A DNA stretch of 35,959 nt from Vicugna vicugna (taxonomy: Eukaryota): NCBI GenBank assembly GCA_013265495.1, contig MU058252.1, positions 2,514,244 through 2,550,202 of the forward strand, read 5' to 3'. The number at the start of each line of letters is the position of its first letter. Position 1 is the first letter of the stretch. Below, piece by piece: positions 23,581-35,849 of this stretch. The notes under the pieces are model-generated. The model was not told where the DNA came from. It ran no database searches and worked only from the letters and a program-made list of their open reading frames with translations. Made by a program: the position numbers and the translations under genes.

Positions 23581-24034
23581 AGCACACCCATGCCCTGCCC
23601 GACGTCAGCCCCCACTTTTCCAGAGAGCAGAAGGGGACCCTGTGGTCCCACAGTGACGGAGACGCAGCGTGGGCAAGGCCAGACCCGAAGCCCTGGAAGG
23701 AGGCTCACAGACACAGGTGCCAAGTCTGCGAGCATCCGTTACACTGTTTCCCTAGTTCTCATCCGCGAGGTTTTCCACTCTGTGGCAGCACAGCCGCGGT
23801 TGCTTAGAAGCTCGGAGAGTAAGTATTTCCAAATGTGGGCAGCCCTGAGAGCATGGTCTTGCATCTTTCTAACGCCTGTTACAGTTTTTTCTAGTAACAA
23901 TTTCGAATGAGAAGTTGAAGCCACTGGCTCTAAGCTTCGGCATTTCTAGGAGAAGCAGGGACGGTAGGACACAGCTTTGTTTCTGAATTTACTCGGATGC
24001 CCCCCACTAACGCTTTGCTGTGCACTTTTTTGTT

Positions 24035-24500
24035 CTGCATTTCAACACATCTTCACTGTGCACCAGACACAGTCTTTTCCAGAGCAGTGTAGCTCAGTGG
24101 CACTTAGAGTGATGACAGAGCTGTTCTGTGTCCGCCTCGTCCAGTGTGGTGGCCACTAGGGCACGTTGCTGTTGAGTCCTTGAAGTGCGGACAGTGTGAC
24201 TGAGAAACGGAAGTTTTAATTTCAGTTAGTCCTACTTTTGTGGAATTGAAATAACCCTGAGGCTGGGGCTATCGTATTGTGTAGCACAGGTCTGGACACT
24301 GGGATCCTAGTTCTAGACAAGGCGACGGCGGAGGGGACGGAGGGGTAAGCGAACGCTCTTTCCTGGAGAGAGATCGGTGTCCTGCACGTGCCGGAATGAG
24401 GTCCTGTGGGAGCACAGCAGAGAGAGCAGTGCTCTTCCCTGGGGCGGGGAGCACTGGGGCTATTTCGACAAGGAGTGGATATTTGAATCTGGATGGATAA
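24035..24500 (-). mobile_element. L2 LINE 3' fragment interrupted by MER3
   Basis: ttcaacac...tgtgcaccagacac lies before the MITE; ctggacactggga...gtgggagcacagcagagagagc...ccctgggg...atttgaatctgg lies after it. Both resemble the reverse L2 3' region. Confidence 0.4.
24085..24289. mobile_element. MER3-like hAT-Charlie MITE
   Basis: gtgatga...gttctgtgtc...gtggccactag...ttgaagtgcgg...gtgactgagaaac...ggctatcgtattg; about 205 bp; 8-bp flanks ttccagag/gtctggac resemble the hAT NTCTAGAN target. Confidence 0.8.
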
Positions 24501-26065
24501 CCTGGGTCTGTCTGTTCCGTCCATCCGACATGAATGAGAGAGGAAGGAAGTGTCCACAGTGGGGGAAATGTGTCCAAACTCACAGTGGCGTGAGGAGCGG
24601 AGGGACCCGGAGCGAAGCTGAGAATTCTGGGCCCCTGTCTTCTCACGCCCCTCTGAATTGTGCGTGCTTTCCCCATTGTTGCAGATTCCTTCTCAACATA
24701 TAAATGCAGAGGTGCAGCAGCAGGTGGCTCAGAGAGAAGGCAGCCTGCAGTGTTCTGCACGGTTTAGCCCTGTGACCGCAGACAGATCAATCTGCCACCT
24801 GGCCCTGAGACTCCTCTTCTGGAAGCAAGGAGCTCCCACTCCAAGCCCGAGTCGGAGCCGGGGATGCAGTAGTTTGGTGACCCCTTCCCACTTTGCAGCA
24901 ATGATTAGCTTCAGGGTAACTGGCTGTAAGTGGCTCCTCATCCACAGGCTCCTGCGACGGCCTCCCCTCGAGACCACAGAAACCCCCTGTGTCGTCTCTG
25001 ACACTGGGTGGTGTTCCCGGAGGACCCCGGAGATGCCCGAGAGGTGCACACTCTGGCCCCGTTGTTGGTGCTGACCTCTTCCAGCGAACGTAACAGTTTC
25101 ATGCTTTGAATGCATGTCTTGTGGCTGCGTTTTTCCTCCCATTTCAGGTGCTGGATCCCACAGACAAATGCTTTCTCTGCAGCTTAGTGTGACGAACGGG
25201 TGGCCTTTGGAACTGGCAGGCAGGGGGGTGACTCGGGGAAGCGTTCGTCTGTCATCACCTCAGTGGCTGTACTCAGCACGCCGTGGCTGCCTGCGTGGCC
25301 TTTTTTCTGAGATGCATAGATTTATTTTTTTCCACGACTTACCTGCTGGCAAGGTACAAAAGGCCTCTGCCAAGCCCTGAGCAGTCTCACTTGAGCCACA
25401 GTGCAGGCGGACGGCTGACTGGTGGGCCCACAGAGCCTCCACGAGTAGAAAGGACTCACTTTTGTAAATGAACCTCTCGGGCTTCTGATTTCAAGGCCCT
25501 TGAATTCTCTCTTCATCCACGAGGGTCCCGCTCACCTGCAGGGAAGCCAGTATTACAACAAATGGAACAGGAGGGCGTTGCTGTGGGTTGGGGAGGACCC
25601 AGCTTTGGAAGATATCCGCGGGGGAGAGGACCCACCCGTCTGCCGTTCTCGTGGGCTCACCCCATCGGCGCACACCCAGAGCGCTCCGAACCTGTATCCC
25701 ACCAGGTGGGCAGAGTGTCCCACGTGATGGACCCTTAACTCAGCAGGTGCGGGTGAAATATAGAGATCTCGTGTGAAACGAATAGCCTCCTGAGAACAGG
25801 GCTCCTTTCTCAGGGTCCATAAAGGCACACTCTGAATTTCCCCAAATAGAGTTACTACACATGTGCCTGGAAAGTCCGGGGTTTTGTTTTTATTATGGCG
25901 TGTGCATCTGCGCTCACACTTACACATGTGTTTATTTGGGGATGGGCTAAACATATCATACCTTTCTGAGTTTCACCTGTTTGTGTGTGATGGGGTCTGT
26001 GGCCAAGAATCACAGAAAGTGCCCAGTGCAGGGATCCAAACTGTGCCCTCCACTACGTCTTAACC

Positions 26066-26225
26066 CAGTGTGCTTCAAGCTTTCACGGCAAGCAGATCAC
26101 CTGGAGAGTTTGTCTAAATGCAGATTGTGATTCAGTGGGTTTGGCACAGGTCCTGAGATGCTGTGTTTCTGACAAACTCACCTGTGCTGAGCCTGCTTCT
26201 GGCCCATGGCTAAGCCTTTGGGTCT
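26066..26225. mobile_element. MER5-family (MER5A1-like) MITE
   Basis: atcacctggagagtttgtctaaatgcagattgtgattcagtgggtttgg...cctgagat...tttctgacaaactc matches the recalled MER5 consensus. Confidence 0.8.
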
Positions 26226-26323
26226 CTGTGTGTGTGTCCACTGTGAAGAGATTGAATCTAGATGGGAGCCCCTTCGAGTCTGAAGCTCTAGGACCCATGG
26301 AATCTGAGAAATAAGATCCGGGT

Positions 26324-26737
26324 GTTTTTTAATTGAAGTGCAGTCAGTCACAATGTGTCAGTTTCTGGTGCACAGCACAGTGTCCCCGTCATGCATATAC
26401 ACACATACATTCGTTTTCATGTTCTTTCCCATTATAGGTTATTACAAGATATTGAACATAGTTCCCTGCTATACAGAAGAAATTTGTTCTTTATCTATTT
26501 TTATATATAGTGGTTAACATTTGCAAATCTGAAACTCTCAGATTTATCCCTTCTCACCCCATTTCCGCTGGTAACCATAAAATCGTTTACTATCTCTGCG
26601 TCTGTTTCTGTTTTGTAGATGAGTTCATTAGTGTCCTCTTTTTTCTTTTTTTCTTTATTTTTATTTAGATTCCGCATATGAGTGACATCATATGGAATTT
26701 TTCTTTCTCTTTCTGGCTTACTTCACTTAGAATGACA
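26324..26737 (-). mobile_element. 5'-truncated LINE-1 3' end with target-site duplication
   Basis: Short poly-T, then L1 3' UTR; flanked by agatccgggt (26314-26323) and agatccaggtttt (26739-26751). Confidence 0.95.
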
Positions 26738-28429
26738 CAGATCCAGGTTTTGAGAGCGTGCACACATTTTGCGATTCTGAGGTTTTCCCCAAAGGGAAGC
26801 AAAATGAAGCCTTCTGTGATCAAGTTCTGTAAATAATTCGTTTATCTCAAATGCATTTTTGAGGATGCATTTGGCCCTTTCGCACTGAAGTTGCCTTCCT
26901 GATGTCCCTGTCAACGCAGTGGCCACACCATCATTGGAAATAGTGGAAAACTCTGGCCTTGGAGGTGAGATGCTTGTCTGGGTCTGGGGGGCTGGAGAGC
27001 TGCCGGAGCGGCTGGAGGCTGGCCGTGCGTCCCAGGAACAGCTGCTGTGTTTCCGCAGGAGGAAATGCCGCCATCACGAAGCTCATGATGGACGCTGTTA
27101 CCCCACCCGCTGTCTCCTTAGAGCGGAGAGCTTTATGCCTTCACGTAACAATCACAAACGTTCGCTTTTGGCTGTTTTAATAGTTCTGCTTCCAGCGTAT
27201 TTGTTTTTCCTTATTTCCTAGTGTCTTTGGGGAAACTCTTAATTCTGTATAACCCAGTTTGGAAGAGAGGTGACATGCTGGACTCTGTAAGCAAATATAC
27301 GTATTTCTCAGTTTTTTTTTTTAATTGAGACGTTGATGTTTGACTTCTAGGCAGTCTTTAGTGTGAAAGACAAACACACTTATTTTCTATCATTCCTGGA
27401 AAACATTCCCAGTTTGAAAACTTCCAGAACGTCCTTGTCTGCAGCACCGTGGCAGGTGCTCCTACGTATTTCTAGGGCTTAGCTCCGCCAGTCTTACAGA
27501 GTAATGCTTTGTGGACAGTGCCCAGGCTGAGCTCCTGTGCCCACTGACGTGGGTTAAAGCATCGACTTCTCTCTGACAATTCATGGTGTTGGATGCCCCA
27601 AGTGGGGGAAGGTTTGTTGATCCCTACGGCACATAAATACTGGTGATGCTCATAGTTTTCCTCTATTATAAGATTCACCATGGATATGAAGAGTGCTTTA
27701 AATCATTGTGAACATTGCAATCAGAAAAAAACAAACTTCCTCATGATACTCAAGAATTTCGGGTCCAAAACAACATTCAGTTTGATATTTGGCCACCCAA
27801 TCAACATGTGACTTTATATAATTTTAGTTAGTGAGGTCTGTCATTAGATTTAGATTATATTTTATGATTTCTATCAAGTTTTTTAAAAAATGTTTAATCT
27901 TGTGGATAAACTTATAGAATGGAGGAGGAAGTAAGAATTCAAATTCCTTAACACCATTCTTTGTAGTTAGAAGGGAGGTTTTAGTAGACTGCATCCATAA
28001 TACGTCCCCAGGTCACTTCTGTAACTTACTAAGGTAGGTGCGAGCTGACTGCAGCGGGCGGCGTGGCGGCGGCTTGCCGTCGTGCTAGTGCTGCTTCACG
28101 CTGCTCTGGTCCCAGGCGTGGTATCCACATGTCCCCTTCAGAGGGAGTTGTGCAGATGCACTGACCGAATTTGTGTGGAGTTTGTGTTTTGTTCCTTATT
28201 TTAAAAAGGGAGATGGAGGAGGGGAAAACCCTTCTCAAAGACTCTCTTATGAGGGCCAGCTCTTCCCGAGCCTTGGTCCCTGATTCCTCTTGCGGGGTGT
28301 GTCCCTCACACCGTGCCCTCTAGGACGGAAAGTTTGGGAGGGAAGAAGTGGGTGCAAAGGTGAGAGGAAATGTGATGTCAGCGCCCAGAATGGCTGACAC
28401 TGTTCCTGTCACTGTGATGCAGGGACGAG

Positions 28430-29020
28430 CACACCTCGTACCAGACGCTGCCACTTCTGGAAGTCTCCAGGGCCACCCTCCCTGCTGCATCACCTGCGGG
28501 ATCAGGGATCCCCTCGGGCTCCATAATTCAGTAGAAGGACTCACAGGTCTCAGAAGGCCTTACACCCACGGCTGTGGTGTATTACAGCGAGACGACGTAG
28601 AGTCAAATCGGCCAAGAAAGAGACACGTGGACAGAGTCCAGGAGGGTTCTTGGCGTGGGGCTGCCAGCTGCCTCGTCCCAGTGGGGTGGTGGGCAGTGCC
28701 AGCTGCTCCCGGCAACAAACACGGAGAGAGTGTTGCCAGCGGGGGAAGCTCGCCGGAGACTTGGTGTCAGAGTTTTTATTGGGCGTGGTCGTGTAGACCT
28801 GGTTGACCACCTGCCTGCCGACCTTGGTCTCTGGACCCTCCAGAGGGCAAACTGATACCACGTGACCTGAAGGCCCACCCTCGATGGCGTTGTTAACGTA
28901 GACAGTCTGGCAGCCCAGCATCGCCAGATAAACAACGATGTTCTTACCAGGCGGGACATCCCGGGGGCTTGAAGACTATCCCGGGAGCCGAGGCAGACAC
29001 CAGACTTCTCTTTGGGCAGG
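28430..29020 (-). mobile_element. MER21-like (MER21C) solo LTR
   Basis: ataattcagtagaaggactcacagg, tattacagcga, cagagtccaggag, ggaagctc, gtttttattggg (AATAAA on the - strand), ctgataccacgtg and ctctttggg occur in recalled MER21C order. Confidence 0.75.
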
Positions 29021-29619
29021 TGGCAGATGAGATGGGGGCATGATTGGGAAGCCTGAGAAACAGGACCTGTCAGAGCTGAGAGCAGGTTCCCTCGTCACAG
29101 ACGTGAGGAAGGTGACGCCCCCCAGTGAGGGGCCCATGACGCAGGCACCTCCTTAGAGGCAGCCCTGCAGTCAGGCCGAGTGGAAGATTTACAAATAATC
29201 CAGAGTATTATCAAAATAACCCCACATTCAGGTGCAGATGCCAGGTTATTTAACAAGAGCAGCAAAGATCGTGTCTTTGCTCTTGCACGCACCCTTCTCA
29301 CCTGTAAACTGGAAGTCACAGAAATGTTTGATGATTGTTTGGTCTTTGATAAAGGCTTTGATTCAAGCTTTATTTTCAGGGACTCTGTAATTTAAAGTCT
29401 GTAATTGCTAACTAGCTAACAAATGATTTTCAGCCCATCTTCTTAAGCCTGGAGTAAAATATTACAAAACTGGGGAGTCTTCTCTAAATCTTCCTCATAG
29501 CTGTTCTTCCGTAATGGTGATGGTGGGCCTTGCTGAGGGACTCTGTATCTGCAAAAATAAGTCGATCCAGAACCTAGCTGTGCACAGTGGACTTCTCATC
29601 CACCATGCTAACATTAAGA

Positions 29620-29750
29620 TTCCACTGGACAGCAATTCCATTTCTAGTTATCTAAGCTTTGGAAGTAATCACATGTGTGCCACATGTTATACACAAGCAG
29701 GCATGTTCATCACAGCATCATTTATATGTACAAAGACCCTATAGAAAGGG
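29620..29750 (+). mobile_element. Ancient L1M-type ORF2 3' fragment
   Basis: cagcaattccatttctagttatct...atgttcatcacagcatcattt is a degenerate version of the PAIPLLGIY...MFIAALF region. Confidence 0.55.
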
Positions 29751-30371
29751 CAGCATTCTACCTGTGTTTGAGAAACATGAACATCCCTGGTGGACGTTAC
29801 ATTTATGTTTAAGAATTAGACACGATTAAGCTAATCATGTGCCGCTGTGAAAAATTATGTCCAAAAAAGTACTTAGGGAAGTATGCAAATGCTGCTTCTA
29901 TATTTAGGAAATATTACAACCCAAGTGTAGACAGCTTTGTGCAAATTGTGTGTGTATGTGTGGGTACGTCATGGGCTGAAAATAATATTAGAAATTAAAC
30001 TCTTGTTCCGACGTCTGCTGGGGTTAGGTTTGTAGAGTGGAGCAGAGAAGGGAATACAGGGGCTTCATTCTTCCTGGTTCTCAGTTTTTCTGTGGGGTGG
30101 GAGCTGCTGAGCTGGTGCCCCTGTGCTGCTTAAGGGTAAGCCCCAAAGCGTGGAAACGCAAGGTGGGCTGCGAGCCGAGGAGGTTCGGGAGCTACGTTTC
30201 TTTTGACAATAAGGTGAAGTGAGTTGAGTTTCCTGGAGCCTCCAAAAGGAGGGGTCCGAAGATGAGAGGGGCAGTGACTAGATGCTGAGTGCATGAGGGG
30301 CCAGAGAATGAAGACGAGGAGTGGGAAAGACAGTCCAGGGAAAGCTCTGCTGAGCAGACAGCCAAGGACGT

Positions 30372-30966
30372 TGCTTCTTTATTGTGGTTGATACACAGTG
30401 TCGTGTTAGCGTCCGGTACAGAGCAAAGTGATTCAGTGACACACACACACACACACACATTCTTTTTTATTTTCTTTTTCATTATAGAGTATTGCAAGAT
30501 ACTGGGTATAGTTCCCGGTACTCTACAGTAGGACCTTGTTGTTTACTTTATTTATAGCAGTTAGTACCTGCTAGTCCCAAACTCCTGATTTATCCCTCCC
30601 GCTGCCCACTTTCCCCTTTGGTAACTATAGTTTGTTTTCTACATCTATCAGTTTCTTTCTGTTTTGTAAATAAGTTTGTATGTATCATTTTTTTAGATTC
30701 CACATATAAGTGATATCATATGGTATTTGTTTTTCTCTTTCTGGCTTACTTTACTTACTATGATAATCTCTAGGTCCATCCATGTTCCTGCAAATGGCCT
30801 TATTTCATTCTTTTTTATGGTTGAGTAGTATTCCATTGTATAAATAAATATACCACATCTTCCTTATCCAGTCATCTGTCAATGGATATTTGGGTTGTTT
30901 CCATGTCTTGGCTATTGTTAATAGTGCTGCTGTGAACACTGAGGCGCATGTATCTTTTCGAATTAG
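30372..30966 (-). mobile_element. 5'-truncated LINE-1 with internal (CA)n
   Basis: L1 3' UTR and ORF2 end homologous to the copies at 6506 and 9844; (AC)n at about 30439-30459. Confidence 0.95.
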
Positions 30967-33900
30967 ACTGTTAAGTGGAGGCCGACTAACGTTAAATTTT
31001 AAGTTTGTGTCTTCAGGATAAATTTTTCTAAGGACTCAGCCTTCGATGACACGTGCTCTCTCCCCATTAGCCTTGTTGAGAAATTTCGGGGGCATCAAGG
31101 AGAGAGCAGCATTCTGCCTTATGTTTGAGGGAAGTGACCATCCATGGTCAATGAGTTGTGGGGACACGGGCACTGAGCCAGAAGGGGCCACGAAAAACTG
31201 GGAATTTGGCTGTAAGCGTGTCAGACTTCCTGCGGAGTTGGGCCAGGTGGCAAACTCCTGCTTTACATCTCAGAAGGGAGGGTGGCTTCACCTAGTATGT
31301 AGGTAATACAATTAACGTAACACCTACACACAGCACCTCTGAAAAAGACTCGAGAGATATATCCATTTTTGTCAGTGTCTGTCTCTCAGTGTTAAAAGAA
31401 GCAGTGTTTAATTGTTTTCCTGTGACTTTTCCTTCCTTTTGAAATTGGGGGGCGGGCACGACAGGGCTTTTTCTCCAGGTGGTGGAGGTTTTTCACTGAA
31501 TCCTTCCTTGTGTTATGCAGACGACGTCTGTTCCTGGCTTTATAGACTTGGATAGAGCATTTGCAGATCCAGGATCTTACAAATTTGCAACAGCTCAGTT
31601 CCCCTTTGCTGACACACACTGTGCACACAGCATCCTCTCTCACAATTCAGTGGAAAGTAGGGACAGTGAACGCAGGAAAGAGGGGCGGAGGCTGTGTTCA
31701 ATGCTGCTCTGGTGTGGTTCTGGAAATCTCATCGGAGCTTGGGTGGGGGGCGCATGCTACTGTTGATAACTTCACTCAGATGAAACTGGAATCACTCGTG
31801 GCAGTTCGGGGACAGAAGAGAATAACTCCAGTGTCACTCAGCAAACTTCAAGCCAAAGCAGACAGTTTCCTTACCTTAGAGACTGGAGATGTGAGGAAGT
31901 AGGTGACATCTTGGAGGGAAAAAGAACGAGCCTGGTCGGTGTCTAGGTAGGAGAAACCGTCTGTCAGAATGGGCCACAAACAGCTGCCCAGCGTGTGTCC
32001 AAACACGGTGCTGGGGGGCCATCTAGACGGCATTATTCCTGCCTCCTCGTGTGGCCGCGGGCTCTGCTCTCAACGTCCCCGGGCTTCCTGCATCCGCACA
32101 CGCATCCCTGTCTGCTCTCGTCGCCTGTCTGCTCTGCGCCCTTCCTGCTGGACCAGAAGTGATGTCGGGGTGGAGGGCACCTGCCCGCCCGTAATCCATA
32201 GCACGTCTCACAGTAGGGTTCACAGAAGAGCGCCAGCCAGTGCGCCTGCGAGGAGGAATGGCTGAAGCCACGTACATTAAGTAGCCAAGTGAAGAATGTT
32301 TTGTTTTCACATATCATGGGGCGAGGGAGAGCGGAGCCCAGTGGAGACAGAAGCCGTAGCTAATTCTCCACCTCTTTGACTTGGGAAATATTTGGGGGAG
32401 GCGAGATTTACGAGCTTATGCTGAGGTCTGGAGGATAGCGGAGTTACCTTTTCTGTAGCTGTTTGGAGGATGGATGTTTTCATCAGAGATACTAATTCAG
32501 GCCCCTTGGTCCCAGATGGAAACCTTGTGTCTGTCGTTTGAAATATAGTCTCATCAAATATACTCTCATGTATATACACTTCTCATGAAATGCACTCTCA
32601 TCAAAGTGAATAATGGAAAGCCCCTAGACCTAGATTCTGACCATGATTCAGCCCCCAGCTTGGATGCTCACCGGCTGAGGGAGGAGCTGAGATGTCTGGA
32701 GCGCAGTAGCTGCTCAGGAAATGCCCGTAGAAATAGCTCGCACCATGCGGGGACATTGTGCAGAATCGCAGTTATGTGTGGTCCTTACGTTCACTCCAAG
32801 CCTATTTCTGCCCCTAAGTGTTTCTTTAAACTTGTGTTTGTTACTTCAGGTTTCCCATGCTAGGAAATCCTATTCTTGAAGTTGAATGATTATTTCATCT
32901 TTTTTTCAATACTTAAACATAGAAAATATGCAGGAATCTGTGACACAGAAAGGAGGTGTGAGAACTGCACGAGGGGACAGTGGTGGCACCAGGGATGACG
33001 CCACGCGTGGGCTGTGGAGCACGGCCACGCTCACCGCCTGGGGGAGATGCTCTAGGTGTTGGTTGGGACACTTCTGTTCCGGCGTCTCCCCGCAGAGGCG
33101 GGTGCAAGACACGTGCTCCTCCCACCAGTGCGGGGAGATCCTACACTGCGGCTCAGCGTATCAAATGAGAGTGTCCCTTAGGGAAAAAATCTCCCAGCGC
33201 CACCCACCTGAGCTGTGACTGGTTATCATTTCACCCAGCAGACAGCGATACTTTGCCACTTATGGGGTGTATAAATGACCACTGAGATGGTTTGTGGGAC
33301 ACAGCACATGTCGTTAACCTGTCAACAGTGTGTGGATACAGGGTGTGAACCATGACACTCAGAATCCACGCAGCACCCGTGGTGGGAAATGCTCCACATC
33401 TTAGATAAACAATTACTGTAGTCGATTAAGGATCCAAAGTCAATCCAGGAGGCTGCGGAGCTGGAATTAGGTCTCGTAATCCAAGCACAGCGTGTTGACA
33501 CTTGCAGCGGTCTGGGCGCTCCGGCCACACTGCAGCTTGAAGGTTGCAGGCTACCCTGAAAGCGGTCCATGTTTTGTATTCTGATTGGCAATTTTGTAAG
33601 TATTTATGGAAAAGGACCAATCGGCCTGTTAATGAGATGCATGCAGCTTATGGTGCTGATGGCTCTTAGTGAGGTGCTGTGTGGGGTGTAATAAAACATA
33701 ATGTGGGACTTTTTTCCCTCAGATGGCTTGGACAGAGAGCTCATACATGTGTGTCCATGTAAGGGAGCCAGTGGTACAAAACGGCAGTAGTGTCGGGCCT
33801 CGGAGTCCCCTCCGGCCCAGCCCCGTCAGTGATAGGAGTCATAGTGGCACCTGGCAGATGAGAAGTGTCTTGAGATGACAGAGCAGCAGAGCTGGGCTGG

Positions 33901-35849
33901 GAGCCTTTCTGGTTCTGCCCTTGTAGCTTTGGCGTCAAGCGTGGGGAGAGGGAAGAGCACCAGACCCACCACTGCCCGGGGCAGGAGCGCCGCTGAGGGC
34001 GCTGGCTGTCTGGGCTCCTTGGCGCAGCGTGGGGTCCCCTGCCCAGAAACACAGGCTCGTGGGGGCGACAGGGATCTCCAAGGGCTGCTGAGCGCAGCGC
34101 CCACCCCACCCTTTGGAGTACAGTTCAACTTGCATGTGAGTCGAAGTGGATGCCACACTCGTTAGAGGGCTGGAAAACACAGGAGAGTCAGGGACTGTGG
34201 CCCCGGAGAGCCCGGAGAGGATTCTGAGAGGGGGAAAGGAGGTGGGAGGCTGGTGACTGAAGGTGCGGTGCTGTCGGAGGCGGAAGGCGGGAACACCCCG
34301 CAGAGCGCCAGGCGCGCTCTGCCCACTGGGTCTGACCTCCTTTAGGGAAGTCGCAGCTGGAAGGGGTATCGGAAGGCGGGGAGTGCCCGGTGGGCACCCG
34401 GCGATGTTTACTGGGGAGTCAGGACCGGAGGAACCAGGGTAGAGGAGCAGCAGCACTGAAGTGTGAGTGCCTCAAATGTCTTTTCCCAACGTCCTAGGTG
34501 TAAACAGATCGATCACTCCTGGTCCCTGGTTCCTCAACTGTCCTTGTTTCAAAGTCGAACCTGAGCGACCTCTCGCAGGGGCAGAGGAGGGGCAATTGGC
34601 CGTCAGTGATGTCAGACTGTGCAGCCGAGTCCCTGATTCTAGCCTCCCATCAATGGGATCCTGGTTCATGCAGATCAGACTCACACAGGTCTGCACATCC
34701 TTCCTCCGTCCTCTCCCAAAGCATTCCTGCTCTTTTTGCAAACATAAGGTAAACTCAGACATTTTCATGTCAAACCATTGAGGTGTTTTCAGTATTGTAA
34801 GAAGAGGAAAAACAAGTGTGAATTCTTTAATGATGATGGCATGTGTCCCAAATCTGAGCTTTTAGAAAGAATCATCTGGAATCTAGACTTGTTGCTGGGG
34901 TGCTGGCCACACAGCAGCCCAGTCTCAGAGGCTTATGATGACATAGATCGGGATCTGGCTCTGCCTGGGGCTGGGGGTGCCCTCTCTGTACCTCCTACCC
35001 ACGAAAACACCCAGGACGCACCAGATTTCTTCCCAGGCAGGGCTCATCAAAACCTGCGCTCAGGAAGGGATCCAATGAAACCATCCCCCAAAAGCTAAAA
35101 GATGGAGGAAGCCCCCTTTCAGCAGCGCTAGCATTTCCGCATTTCCGTGGGGACAGAGGCAATGCCCGGGGAGGAAGGAGGTGCATGCAGTGTTAAGCAC
35201 CAGAGGCAAGGTGGCTCTCTGGGAGCCCCGGGAGGATCTGCTGTCTGGGGACTCTCGTCTGGAACCCCTGAGATGGTGCCACAATGGACCCAGACCCCTC
35301 GCTCTGGACCGGGCGTCGGGCTGGCCGCGGTGGCGGAGTCTGGGCGGCTCTTCACTGACAAATTTCTAAGTGCATGTTTGTCTTGCTTTCTGCAAGATAT
35401 TTTCCAAGTGGCATTTTGCTGCTTTTTAGCCTGGACTCAAATTATCTTCTTCAGCAGATGAGATTGTTTGCCAAGATGTCACAGAGAGAGGCGGATGACA
35501 AGCTAGAAGTCACTCACGTTTTCTCAAAGGGCTCTGGAAGCGCCGTTCATTCAGACAGAACTAGCACCCGAAACCTGGCTCCCCAGCAGGCGGGAGAAGC
35601 TGGTTTCTGGGAACCCTGACGTCCCCGCGCCCCTCTGATGCGTTACCTGACCCTGGCCTGTCTCAAACATGCGGAGGATGCCGTGGTCTGAGAGGCGGCT
35701 TCTCGTTACGAAGGCGAATCTGTGGGACAAAGAAAACTCTGCAAAGCACCAGGGAAGACGTGGACTCAGAACAGCCTAGGTGGGACTCATGCTTCTGAGA
35801 AATGAACTTGTGGACGCACACAGTGCACTGAAAGTGGCAACCCCCTACA

